Made by a program: the position numbers and the translations under genes. A DNA stretch of 64,000 nt from Euprymna scolopes (lineage: Eukaryota): NCBI GenBank assembly GCA_053919585.1, contig CM132796.1, one strand, 5' to 3'. The notes below the pieces were generated by a model. That model made no database searches. It worked only from the letters and a program-made list of their open reading frames with translations, and was not told where the DNA came from. Positions 26,321 to 39,630 of the stretch are shown here, in pieces. Position 1 is the stretch's first letter; every line of letters starts with the position of its first letter.

Positions 26321-28861
26321 CCGCATTGAAGGTTTGTATTACAAATAATAGCTTTTATTATTATCGCCATTTACGCCGTCCATGACATGTCGATTGATAT
26401 GTTATATATGCCCTAGCAAACCTGTGTTTCATAGTAGTCATTTTTTTTACGATACTGCGTTTTTGTTAGTATTTCTTATATAATATGGGATTTTCAATTT
26501 ATATATTCATGATATCGTTTTCTTATTACATTTTTAATTGAACCAAATAGTTATAAAACATACTAATATGTTAAGGCTGTGGTTAACGTACTTTAACCAA
26601 TCTGTTTGGTGTGAATTGCTTGAAAAAACAGTCAACTCTTTAATGCCTGTAAAATTTCTAAACGTTTTGTGGTCTAAAATAGCAAATTAACACATTACTA
26701 ACAAGCGGCAGCACGTCTGTTATGACTGCCATGGAAAAAATAGAGACGTGAGGTTGTGGATTAAGCAACATTGAAAATTGGCGGTGTCGATTGAGCCCAG
26801 GAGTCAGTACGCGTTAAGAGTTGTAGTTAAGAAATTGATACATTATTTCCATGAAATCAGAACTAATGTGATGTGGAATAAATTTGGTACCGCCTATTAG
26901 TTGAGAATGTGATGTGGTCTGGTTTATATAGAAAGTACAACTCGTAGCTAATCTACAAGGTGCAAAACTGAGCCAGTTTAATTCAATTCTTTTTCCAGGG
27001 GCATGCACTTGCTATGTAGCTCGGATTTGGCAATTAAAACAAATTAGATGCAAAACAGGCAGAAATGAGACTAATGGCAACATTCACTGAAGGGACTTTT
27101 CAAAGGGTAAAAAGCTAAACAGATTTAAATGGACAGGATAGGCGAGTGATGTGTACGCAAATAAAGTTACAAGATTGACTGGATTAGCAGGGTAGCTCTG
27201 GAGAGGAGTGGATCATACAAACTTGCTTTCATTACGGGATTGTCAGGCAATGTATATGTGACACTACTACACTTGCCTCCCGGAGAGAGAATGGAAGTTA
27301 GCAAACTGATATAAACACATCTTTTAGTCAACAATAGAATTCGAGAGACTGAGTGTAACAGCGTGTGCACAAAGCAATTCAGAATAAAGGAATGACAAGC
27401 ATCAAGTGCTTTATATGTCGAGGACCACACTGTAAAAGAGTTGTATACGATGCACTAAATCGCAGTAAGAAGGACTTTATATGTGGATCAACTTTCAGTA
27501 CAAAATATCAAACTGGAAGAAGGTTACTAATTACCGTTAGATGAGCATATGCATATTCATGGGGAAATTGGAACTGGAAGAATTAGATAAGATTGTCTAT
27601 TGACATAATACACAATCGTAAAAAGCATAGTTGCCAGTGTTTGAATTTAGATCTGTTAGAATGATAATATGAAGAAGTTACATGCAGAATCGTCATCTGC
27701 AGTTGCACACCGTAGAAAAAAGCGATGCTTGTCTTGGGTCCAGTAATGGAAGTGATAATGTATAATGATACTGTTTATTGCTTAGAAATTCTCCAGACGA
27801 TTCTAAAACAAAACTTGAGGAAAATAACCTATAACACGTCAGCAAAAAGAGCTGGATGAAATGGAAACGACATCATCGAACGATGAAAATATTAGCTGAT
27901 AGAAGAATATCACTTGTAGATGCCACATTTAGGTTCAACATTGCTCTTACAGCCGATTATAGTACACAAGATACATGCATCATTTTGTAAAATTATAGAT
28001 GGAGCCACCCAAGACATACATCCTCGGAAAGCAATGAGAAATAAATAGAAGACCTTTGAGTGAAATCACCAAAGATACAACGTATCGCGCAATAGGGAAG
28101 AGGAGTGATTACTGGAAGGCAATCTCCTAACAACCTGTGTATCGATGGAATGCCCCGACATATTTTAGATTTAAAGTGCTATGAAGATGTAAGTGCTGTG
28201 CCAGAGAGCAATGCAGATGAACAAACGCCAATACAGACCGCAGAGAGCGTACTGAGTCAATCTGGATTACGTAATATATAATGATCATGGTGGCGTCTGG
28301 TCTAAAATGTAAAAGAATAAATTACTCCCATATAAAACGACAAATTTAAAGACAAAAATTGCTTTTTGTTCAATGGCCCAAATGTTTCCCTGTTTATTTA
28401 AAATTTGGAAAGGAGCCGTGTATATACATTCTTTTCGTCAATTGTTAAATAACTGAGCGCTGATATAGTTGTGGAGAAATGACAATACATTTCGGTATAT
28501 TTAATTTTAAATGAAATTATTCTTTTAAGTAGGATTTTTAATGCCATATTAATTATTTACGCTATAAACTTTTGATCTATCGATATTAAATATAATATTT
28601 TAGCATTGAAACTGTAAACTATATATAGTATAATATATCACCATATATATACATATTTCATGCTCGTTTCGAAACAAGTTTTATTATAAGGAAACAGTTA
28701 TTTGAGTCACACACTGATATATTCATATAAAGCCGGAATTTTCATCAAATAAACTATAATAATTTTAAAGAGAATGAAATGCTACGCAGGCATATTAATA
28801 AAGATAGAATGAAAGATATACATGCAAAATGAAACTATGCAGTTTCTGAATTTTGGAGATG

Positions 28862-29400
28862 AGGATCTCATATTGAATGTTATTTTCAAAACATCTCGTT
28901 CGATGTAACCGTCGACCTTTTTCAGGTGTATCTTGTCGAACTTGGGAATGTTTCTGTCGAACTCAAGAATTCCGAGTGGAACTATTTATTTACTTCACGG
29001 GAGCAGCGTGCTCTTGTTCCGTCAGCCATAACTGGATAGAGGTCCTACGTAATTTGAAATTGTAATTTTTGGTCACCCACACTGAGGATTCACCATTCAG
29101 GAAAGTTACTTATTGACAATTGATTTTTCCAAGTACTCTTATCCCTGCGACAGGGGTCCTTGCGGACCACCGTGGCGCAGTGGTTAATGTACAGTTGCAA
29201 ATTACTCAGGAATTCTATCAAGTCATGGCTGACGGAACAAAAGTATGCAACTCCATTAAGTAAATAAAGGGTTCCGCACAAAATTCCGTTACAATTCTCG
29301 GGTTCGACTTAAATATTCCCGAGTCCGAAAATATACATTTGAAGAATGTCCGAGGTTATATCGATTGAAGCGTTGTGAAAATCATGCCAAAGATGAGAAC
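28862..29400. mobile_element. Foldback pair of family C units
   Basis: ~28862-29065 is inverted relative to ~29195-29400 (e.g. ttgttccgtcagccat / atggctgacggaacaa). A-box CCGTGGCGCAGTGGTTAA near 29170; degenerate HHR-like motifs at both outer ends. Confidence 0.68.
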
Positions 29401-30787
29401 AATAGTTCGATTACTCCAAATAATACGAATAGAATAATGCCTTCAATAAATCAAAAAGACGAATATGAAATAGGAGAATTCGAAACAAAAGGAAATGTAA
29501 CTAGTCAGAAAAAATGCTTATTGAAAAATTAATGTTTGACTAAGGATATTGCATATAAGTGTAACGCCACAAAAGGTATGAACGCGTCAGCTTATATCTG
29601 GATTTAAATAGTTTGTTATAGACCGAATATAACAACCATATGGCAGTTATTAAAAAACATGTTATATGTAAAATAAAACTATCATTTCATTAGCATCTTA
29701 TATAGAGGCACGTAAAGTAAAAACAGGGCATTTATCACGGAATACACAGTTCTATTTAAGGCTAATACATATCTTTCCAATAAAAGAGGAGTTATAACTT
29801 ACGGATAATCGAGTCGGTGAAATACTACCATGTAAAGATATTATGATCAATAAGCGTTATGAAATAATAAACAGTTGCTTACATGAGGACAAAAGTAAAT
29901 TTATTACCTAGAAGATGAATGGATGAAAATCTACATACAAAAACAATTTAAAGGAAAGTATACATATACACCGTGCATATGTTATAGATAGAGCTGTGAA
30001 ATAGGGGAGAGTTTAACATAAACATAATATGGATAAACTAATAGGTGCATTATTGTCTAGGATCACAACAAAATACAATGTGGTCATAATGTTAGGAAAA
30101 TGCAAAAAACATACTAATTGTACGTCACCCTTTGCAACAAAATAAAATGATTAGGTATTGATACATAGTAAAATGCTGATGTAATACAAAAGATCACACA
30201 GTTGTTATTGCGAAATGAAAAAGTATTCATGATATAAGTACCCGGAAACCATTGAAAGCATATAATGGACGTGAAAAGACGAAATAAATAAATTCACGTA
30301 GAATACAAGGATTAGAAAATTAATATCATTTACGTAAAATGCATGTACACATTAAAAGACTTCAAAAGTGTTTTGTTTATTTTCTAAGTAAACTTTTACT
30401 GAAAAATTAAATAACAATATTGCTATATAATACACTAGGTTGTAAAATATGCAGTAACCTTCGGAGGAATGACTTGGTTATACAGCGAAATAAATACATG
30501 GAGAATAATGCAACGTTATACTATATAATATTAAGAAATGATGAGTTATAGAACCAAAATCCGAATATTTCGGAAAAGGAAATATGATATATTTTTAATG
30601 AACCGTAAGAAAGTGCGAGGTTGGAACCGGAAGTAATATAGCTGATATAAAATGAATTCACAGATTGACATACTCTAATATAATATAATACATTATACAT
30701 TAATCATTAACATAAAACTTGTTAAAAAGTTATGTATCAACTCAACCAAAAATTTTAAAATTCAATCATCTTCAATTTAAACACACA

Positions 30788-30790
<3 letters not shown>

Positions 30791-30850
<60 letters not shown>
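30791..30850. repeat. (TA)n microsatellite
   Basis: Pure TA run. Confidence 0.95.
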
Positions 30851-30852
<2 letters not shown>

Positions 30853-31022
30853 GTGTGTATGTAATGCGGCTATGTAAAAAAGAAACTTAAAATGGCGAAT
30901 AGATCAAACTCTCGGTAGAAGGCACTACCTATAAATTGGTGCTTCCTGTTTTTGTTTTTATGACTAATTTTCGCTGATGAGTCGCAACTTATATAAGGAT
31001 AATAAAACCTGGAGGGAACAAC

Positions 31023-31885
31023 TATAGGGTAGAACAATCAAAATTGTCGCCCTAAAAAAAAGCAACACTACAGATTTATTTTATAAGTTTTATTGTAAAC
31101 ATTAATTTTGGTGGCTTGATTATGTAGCAGAGCTTATATATTCAATGTAGCCGCTTTCAGCCTCAGTCCCCGCCTCGATACGGATCCGGAAATGGGAGCA
31201 TGCTTTTTCCACAAGCGCAAGCTCAGCGGAGGGTGGCGATCAGACTGGTTTTTGTGTTGTTGGAGGTCATTTGGTGATATTCTCGACGTATGACCAAACG
31301 AAATAGTCTAGCGAGTTCAGGTCGACGAGTAGGGGGCAGTGGTAGAGCTGTATTTAGTCGTAGCATTCCTCCTGAAGCAAAACCTGGGTCTCTTTGGACT
31401 TGTAAGCCGGTGCCCAGTCCTCTGCCAGCGGCCAACTGGTTGCACCAGGTGATCACCACATTCTCCAGCACATGTAATTACACTTTGGTGTTTACTTTCA
31501 AACTGGATCGAAGATGTAAGGTTGCAGGATATGGACATCATTTTAAATCACACCAAACGCAATAACCATGGCTGGAAACTGTTTTCATCACTCTGGAAAC
31601 GTCCTAGTTATTTGTGGAAATCCAGCGGTGCATTTTGAAGGTGCTGGCAATGGTCCCCTTGTCATAACTTGGATAGGTAGAAAGCATGAGTTGTACAGCA
31701 GCGCAGTACCGATCTAGCTCGCTAAACATGGCATCATTGTTCAACATGATAGAAGGTTCCTATCGGGCTTGGGATTTGTACACAAGCCAAATAGTAAATA
31801 GTCCGCAAAAAAAAGAAAATCGGTATTTATCAAACGGAAATGGAGTCATGCTAACTTTTTTAGCGCGACAGTGTTCGAACATGTA
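31023..31885 (-). mobile_element. Internally deleted Tc1/mariner-superfamily transposon, maT/DD37D-like
   Basis: Minus-strand frameshifted translation includes LKVNTKV.LHVLENVVITWCNQLAAGR, D.APAYKSKETQ, DLNSLDYFVWSYVE and KACSHFRIRIEA..EAESGYIE. Imperfect TIRs share tgtcgc(c/g)ctaaaaaa. Confidence 0.72.
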
Positions 31886-33489
31886 TATATAAAGATATCA
31901 GAAATTAAACGAAACAATTATACGCGGTTATTGTTAATACAGCTGAATATGTTTTTAAATTAGCAGAAAGTGCGTGTCTGTTCCTGATTAAAAGCTAACT
32001 TATAAAAATATCTATGCCCCTAGTATCACATTAGTTTACTATCTTTATGAACATTGCGTTGCTAATATTTATATTTGATTAAGAAAATATGAAATCTTAA
32101 GGTGTGTAATAATAAGGTGTGTAAATATATATATGTATTTGTACTTTATTATTAATGACACCCATATTTATTAGTTTTTCTCATTAGCAGATAATATAGT
32201 TCCCAAGTTCAAGATATATAGGACTTTACATCGGCTGAAACATTGGAAAATAACGAATTATATTCTTTGTAAGCTTAGTTTGGAGTGATAAATATCTTTT
32301 TAGTGAACGGTAAAAATTATAACCTGTTTACTAAGACTGAGTGCTTATGATATATTGGTGGTTGAATATAGAATTCACGTTTGCATTTAATGGTTATCCT
32401 TGTCAATCTTTTACTGTATCGAACGGATACCATAATACTTAGTTCGTTAGGTTTATAACAATCCGCACAGCAATTTAACGAGATCGATCTGGATGTATCT
32501 GATGAAAAAGTGTAACAGACAGACAAGCAGACAAAGAAATTTGCAGTACTATATTTGAACAGGGCTGAACTTTACGATAATGTTTATATTCGTTAATTAC
32601 GCGTAAGATGTAAAAAATGTTTTGTTTTGTTTTTTTCACTCCACGCGCTAGTTGAGCGTACGCAAGTCACGGTTATCCGTTGTATTTAATTATTTTTCTT
32701 TGTTTTCTCGGAATTCGTGCAATTGTTTATCTCAAACAGAGGAGCGGTCGTCGTATCAGAACGATTTAGCACGCGCTAAAAGATCAGATTCACGCACAGT
32801 GCTCTCCTGTTGTGTTGATAAATATATGGAACGGTTTGTCTAAATAACAACAACCGATGGCAGATGGATATTTTGGGTTTTTGTCTTTTTCATGAGGAAA
32901 AAAAAACCCTGGAAAGAATGTACTAAAGAGAAAGAAAAAATACCGAAAATAATCTGTGGAAAAAGAGATTAAAATAAATGCATAACAATTTGTCGAGTGG
33001 TTATTGGATAGAATTCTATTATTTTTGTATATAAAAGAATCGTTGCTCATATCTAATTTTTCACGTTGTTTTTTTATATATATTTTCATTTGCTTCTGTT
33101 TTTTTTTTTTTGCTTTTGTCGTCTAAAAAGCGGATTCCATTAAATAAACAGCGAAGAAACAGAATAAAAGACGAGATTAGAAATAAATAAAAAAAGTGAG
33201 AAATAACGAGACTTAAGAAAACAATGATACAATAAAACAACGCAGCTCTTTGTAGTTTGGGAAAACGTTGATATTATTTCATTGGCAAAGAAAACGAGGG
33301 CCAAAACAAAGGCATTTATTATATCAGATATTTGCAGAGTTTTATGTAAAAAAACGGCAATTGGACACTTGAGCCATTGTGTTGCGTAGACACAAACGTA
33401 TACAATTTGTGATCGCTTTAACGCTATCATGCTGAATAGTTATTACAAATCAATGAGGCCAGTGGAAAGTCAACGTCTACTTTGTTGAT

Positions 33490-34040
33490 GTAACTCTGTA
33501 ATTTCCTGTTAATGACATTTATTTGGAAATACATTTTATTGCTTAATAATGTAAAACAAACATTGTCTTACTTATCCCATAAAAAATGTCGCCTTCAGTT
33601 TAATGTATTTATGAACATTGCAGCACCATATTTAAAAAATAAAACATTTTGTTTCTTAATTTAACGAGAAGGATAAAAAATTATTTGAATTATTCTGACT
33701 AATGAATTATTGAATGTAATTCTCAGAATATGTAAGGTGATTAAACCCCTCATGAAGCCATGGTTAAACTGATAAAGTACAAAGTGAATATTTAATTCGA
33801 AATGTTCTTCTCCAGATTGATGGTTCATCCTTAGTGCGGGTGATACTGAGAATATTATTGATTATAAAGCCCTCTGCTCTTTCATGATTGATGGGATAGC
33901 AGGCAATCCTGTGGATCAAAGAGTTTCTTTCTGAATTCGGTGCAAATACTTAATTTCGACAAGATACTCATAAAGAACATCAGAGATAATCGGCATGGAT
34001 AATAACACTAAAGTTGTGAACTGTAGTCCAAATAAAATAA
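33490..34040 (+). repeat. Local duplication copy 1, including a decayed family C unit
   Basis: ~33490-33875 matches ~35944-36320; contains a 'ggttca.cc..agtgcgggtgatac' B-box-like head. Confidence 0.8.
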
Positions 34041-34405
34041 ATTATTCAAATTATCAAGCCCCATCCCCAAGTAACCAGGTACATAAAAAGAATTTTGACT
34101 ATACGATATTTGGTGTATAAACCCGGTGATCCACTGTATATAAATATATCTTTCTTAAGGCTATAAATGAAAAAAAAATCATTGAAGGCAGGCATTACAT
34201 AAATACTTAATGCATCAATGCATATTAACAATAAATTTTCACATTCACTTCTATAAGTTTCTATCGCCTGGTACCCTTAGGTTATTTTTTTTCATTTCTA
34301 TTTTGAGATGATGATATATTTATAAAGCTGGTCAGCTACTTTTATTATGGGTATACCGTGTTATATAATGTTTATGAAATGAAAGGGATACCATCATTCA
34401 ATGGA

Positions 34406-35264
34406 TCTATTCTATGTAGTCAATATATATAAAAGCGAAAATGTATGTATGTATGTATGTTTGTGTGTCTGCGAAAACTTTCGACAGACAGAACAAAATT
34501 CACAAATTTTGTCTCATAAAAAATATCGAAAAATTGGACAAAACGTTAATTTTTTTCTATCTGAAATCAACACTTTTCTACGAGGGGTTCAGCAAAAACC
34601 GTCCTCTCATGACGAGATCAGTTCTACGTATACGTCAAACGACGTCATGACCTGATTTAGTTTAAATATTTGAAGAACTGAAACAATTTCATGTGTGTCG
34701 TGTTAGTTCAGTTGGTTAGAGCGTTGGGTCATTATCTAAACTTCTTGCGTTCGAATCGTGGTGTGAGATTTTTTTTTCGATTTTTTAAATTTTAATATTG
34801 AAGCAGTGTTATTTAAGTCATTTTTCACGTAACGTTCGTTTTTCTGTTTTTTTACTTCGCTTATTCTTAGGTTTTCATTAACACCCCGAACCCTGATCGA
34901 CCCCCCCCAAAAAAAACACCCAGGTACCCACCGATTTTTTTAAATTTTAATATCGAAACAAGTGTTTTTTTGGGGGGGGGGTAATTTTTCAGATTTTTAA
35001 AAGCAGTTTTAACGTTCGTTTTTCTGTTTTCTTTTTTGTTTTTTCGATTTTTACATTTAACATCGTTCGTTTGCCTTACGTTAGTTTTTTTTGTTTTGTT
35101 TTTTCGATGTTTCGATTACCCAACCCCCACCGCCCCCTTAAGTTTTAACGTTCGTTTTTCTGTTTTCTTTTTTTTACTTCGTTTATTCTTAGGTTTTCAT
35201 TAACACCCCCACCCCCGCTCGACCATAAATCTCCAAATCTGCAACGCCGGGTACCCCACGCTAA
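34406..35264 (+). mobile_element. Non-autonomous Helitron-like element with internal tRNA-like segment
   Basis: 5' TC...TATATAAAAGCG and (TATG)n; 3' GCAACGCCGGG...CTAA|T; internal direct repeats. A related 5' fragment lies at ~35696-35880. Confidence 0.6.
34697..34777 (+). pseudogene. tRNA-like Pol III cassette
   Basis: A-box TAGTTCAGTTGG, B-box-like GTTCGAATC, then a T run; no good cloverleaf. Confidence 0.5.
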
Positions 35265-35943
35265 TCTTATATAAATCGAAGTATCATCTGGATTATAAAA
35301 TTATGTCAGAGAATAAAAGCAGTTCCTCTATATCAAACACATTATCTAACTACAGTGGTATGAACGTTGCGATAACTCGCTTGTATACTAACAATGTTCT
35401 CTGTAATCAACTGCAAGGTTTTAAGAGTCTGTAATGTAAGCTATATTTAGTATAATTTAGCTTCAGACAAACGCGATTTAAGTGTTTTCTAAAGATAGAT
35501 AATTGCAATTTTAAGAACAATAGATATTAAATGTCAGCTAATATTCTGCTCATTTCATTTTACTTTGACTAGTTAAAAGATGTTGAATAGGTATTTAGGC
35601 CAACTCCCTGCTGTGAGACTTTAAATATATCAGTTTAATTGAGATATTTTATGCTTAAAACTTTAATTGTAAATACATTTCTTGTATAGAAACCATCTAT
35701 AATATAAATATCACATGTCTGTTTGTATGTATGTATGTCTGCCTAAATCTTTCGACAGAGGCGACGGATTTTCACGAGATTGGTATCGTTTGGAAGCTCG
35801 ACTCTTTGAACGACGAATATCGAAGAATCAGCCCCAAACATTAATTCTTTCACCCTCAACTGTCACTTTTCTAAACAGAGGGCTCGTTGAATAGTAATTA
35901 CGAATAATTAATATACGTGGAAAATCCGTGTGCTTTCTTGGGG

Positions 35944-36390
35944 TAACTCTATAATTTACTTTTAATAGCATTGATTTGGAAATAAATTTTATTGCTTAAT
36001 AATATTAAACAAACATTGTCTTACTTATCCCATAAAAAAATGTCGTCTTCAGTTTAATGTATTTATGAACATTGAGCACCATATTAAAAAAACATGTTTC
36101 TTAATTTCACGAGAAGGATAAAATTATTATGATTATTCTGACTAATGAATTCTTGATTGTTATTCTCAGAATATGTAAGGTGATTAAACCTCCGCATGAA
36201 GCCGTGATTAAACTGATAAAGTACCAAGTGAATATTTAATTCGAAATGTTCTTCTGCGGATTGCTGGTTCAATACTCAGTGCGGGTGATACTGAGAATAC
36301 AATTGATTATAATGTCCTCTACCGTATAATGGTTAAGACAGAATTCCATGCAAATACTAGATTCCGACAAGATACGCATAAAGAATGTAA
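35944..36390 (+). repeat. Local duplication copy 2
   Basis: Matches ~33490-33875, then a deleted version of the downstream part. Confidence 0.8.
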
Positions 36391-36556
36391 AACAAGCTTC
36401 GTATTCAATGACCTCATTTTTTGCTATTCAATTCTTTTACACATTACATGAGTTTTACAATCAAATTGTTATAGCATTCGTGCCGTTGATCTGAGCTTCT
36501 GTACCAAAATTTTGAAGAGCATTAATAAGATGCTTCTGATTTTCCGTTTCAACTTC

Positions 36557-37840
36557 TAAGAGGGGCGTGCTATAAGTAATATCGTTGACCCACTTTCAGT
36601 TGTCTTATCTTGCTGCAATTTTGCATGTGCAATGATTTATATCTCTAAGGGTTATGCGGCAAATTACAACTCAGAACTAATTGTGGTTTCTGTTTTATGG
36701 GTGTTTGAACTGAGTCAGGCGTGAAATGGAGCCTGTTGAATGTCGAGCAGTGATCCGGTTTTTGTATTTGAAAAGACGCACACCACCGGAAACTTTTGAT
36801 GAAATGAAAGAAACTTATGGTGATAATGCCCCATCATATAACCTTGTAAAATGTTGGCATCGTGAATTCAAACATGGCCGAAAGTCTGTAAAAACAGCCC
36901 CCAGACCTGATCGCACCCCTTTTGCCATTGATGAGGCATCTGTCTGCCAAGTTGAGGCTGCCATTTTGGAAGATCAGCGCATTGCTATTCACCAAATAGC
37001 CCAATATGTCAATATTAGTACAGGGTCTGTGGAAACTATCATTCAAGACTATTCGCATATGCATAAGGTGTCTGTCAGATGGATTCCCAGGTTGCTCACA
37101 CCATTCCAGAAGCGAGAACGCGTCGAGTGCTCGAGGATGAATTTGGAGATGTGCCAATAAGATGGGTCAATGTTTTTCAAAAGACTGATTACACAGTAAG
37201 AAACCTGAGTCCATCACTATTAAACAGAGGCCAAAGTCCAGTCAATGCAGTGGAAGCATTTGGACTCACCACCTCCAAAGAAGGCAAGGGTGCAGCCCTC
37301 CGCTGGCAAGGTCATGCTCACAGTCTTCTGGGACCAGGACAGAGTAGTGGTGACAAATTTCCTGGCAAAGAGTACCACAATTAAAGGAGCCTTATATGCT
37401 TCACTTTTGAGGAAATTAAGGAAGCTATCAAAATCAAGAGGCGGGGCAAGATCAGCAAAGGTACCCTCATCCTGCAGGACAACACTTCGGTCCACAACTC
37501 GCATGTCGCCAGATCAGAAGCGCGGGCGTGTGGTTATGAAATCCTGCCAAATTCTACCTACTCTCCTGACCTTGCACCCTCTGACTTTCACCGCTTCCCA
37601 GCCATGAAGTTCTTTTTTAAAGAAAGCGTTTCCCAGATGATGCAGTCTTGATTTCTGAAGTCACGTCGTGGTTGGAGGACCAAGCTAGGATTTTCTACAA
37701 AAACGGTCTCCAGAGCTGCATCAAACGATGGGAAAAATGCATAACTCTGGGCGGTTCCTATGTAGAGAACGACTAATAACTGTGCCAAGTTTCGTTGCTC
37801 TACTGCTATGGGAAGTGGGTCAGAGGCATTACTTATAACG
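36557..37840 (+). mobile_element. Mariner transposon (irritans-like), transposase pseudogene
   Basis: Transposase from 36726 with WIPRLLT, SAGKVMLTVFWD and YSPDLAPSDF, broken by stops and frameshifts. Imperfect TIRs tataagtaat..tgacccactt / aagtgggtca..attacttata. Confidence 0.93.
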
Positions 37841-37854
37841 TTTTGCACTTGAGT

Positions 37855-38632
37855 AAATAGTAGATTGCAACTTAATGAAGCTAAATCTAAAATTCCCTCA
37901 TTTCATCACCAACCTGTATTGTTATTTTGCCCCAACTGAAATACCTGACTCTCCTTGATCAAACATCTCCCTTTTTCATAAGCTTCTCTGGCTGACCTTT
38001 CAATCTAGTCTAAAAATTGTAGGCTTACATCAATTTGTAGTAAATCTCGCAGAAACAACAGTTGGATAATCCTAAGCTTTAGAATATCCGACGATTGACG
38101 AAATAATCTACTTATATAAGAGCCAAATGTGGCATAAGAGAAATAGTCTTTCCTAATATGAGAATGTGCCGTTCTGAACATTTTTATTCTGTCGTAACAT
38201 AGTAAAATATTGACATTTAAATAACTGTACTGGCCATTTATCTTTTTTCCCCAGAGATGTTGTTAGACTTCTTTTTTTTATCGCATCGCTCTTTTAATAG
38301 TAAGTGCTCGACTGAACTCAAATCCATGGTTCTTTCCATGAAAAACAAAAAAAAAATGTAGTCTAGCTACAACCACTGAAATATATTCTGTCTTCCGGTT
38401 TACCTAAAATTGAAACGTATAATTTCGAGGACTACCCGTCTGTAATATAATAGTGTGGGACTACTTTTCCGATGACTGTCACACTTGTTTTCACGTCCAA
38501 TGTTAAAATCTTGTTGAGCCTTCTTAAAACAGTTAAAATTGCTTTGTTACAACATGTTGTTTTACCGTCCACCACTATTTATACTAGAGTGGACTTGGGG
38601 TCTTGATAAGAAGTGATTAATTAGTGCATAAA
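37855..38632 (+). mobile_element. Highly decayed CR1-group LINE 3' half
   Basis: Remnants 'aagtgctcgactgaactc', 'gtctagct' and 'cttgataag..gtgat' shared with the family. Confidence 0.5.
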
Positions 38633-39584
38633 ATGCGTCGGGACGATCAGCTCACAAATTTCCCGCACTCAGATCGTCCATTTTTCTGCACAGCTGATTT
38701 TGGTCTCGTCCTGAGGTGAATACCTTTTACAACACCCTTTCATTCATTCTTTCCATATAATTGCGTCGTTCGTATACAATTACATGTCTCTTGTCTCTCT
38801 CCCTCTCTCTTTCTCTCTGTCTCTCTTCGAATTAAATCAGAGCATGAAAAAAATTCACAATTACACCATGTATTTTCCCTCTCTAAGCTACTTGCACGTA
38901 TTACAGTTAGTCATTCTCTAAACATAGTTGAGCTACGCCATTTAATAATGTATATTATATGAACAGACTTAAATGGTAATGGTGTTTTTATCTTACGTAA
39001 ACATTTATGCATTCAATCAGATTTGAGATTCTTTTTTATTTCATATATTTTTTTTTTCTTTCTATTTCAGTTTTGACAGCCGGTGAAAAGAATTTGGATA
39101 TTCTTCACGTGGATATTTCCAGAAGTCAACCAGATCCGAAGAGAACAATCCCCCCTCCTCGAAAAAAAAAACTATTTCGTAAAAACATTTTTATGGAAAT
39201 CACTGTTTTGGGAGGATTCAAGTTTTAACAATTTATTACTGATGAAAAAATATAATTACATGCATTATTGGTTTTGGAATATATGAATCATAGAGAATTT
39301 AATACGAAAATATATATTTTAATACTCTGTTTACAAATCAAAGACGAACATAAAATTATTGCATCATTGCAGTTCTCTGACAATATTAACTATACAATCT
39401 AATTCCGATGATCTACACAATATTGAAAAACTTAGGTTTATTTTGATTCAAGGTAGTGGGGCCTCGTGAGTAATTCGACACGTATTCTAACAGATAACGT
39501 CTAGAAAAATCTCTACGCGTTTAAACTAAATTTAAGACCAACTCCGATTTCATAAGCTTTTCTTTTATATTTAAATATAAGTAT

Positions 39585-39603
39585 ACAACATTTCGTTTTT
39601 CAG
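39585..39603 (+). other. Probable 3' splice site upstream of the GT31 coding exon
   Basis: catttcgtttttcag ends 27 nt before the ATG. Confidence 0.55.
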
Positions 39604-39630
39604 ATATTGTTATTGGACAATTTCTGAATC

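Noticed and set aside
27040-28400. Purine-rich block resembling a very old retroelement ORF
   Set aside because: No diagnostic motif recoverable by eye
30974-31010. CTGATGAG motif
   Set aside because: No stem II closure or GAAAC; not an HHR
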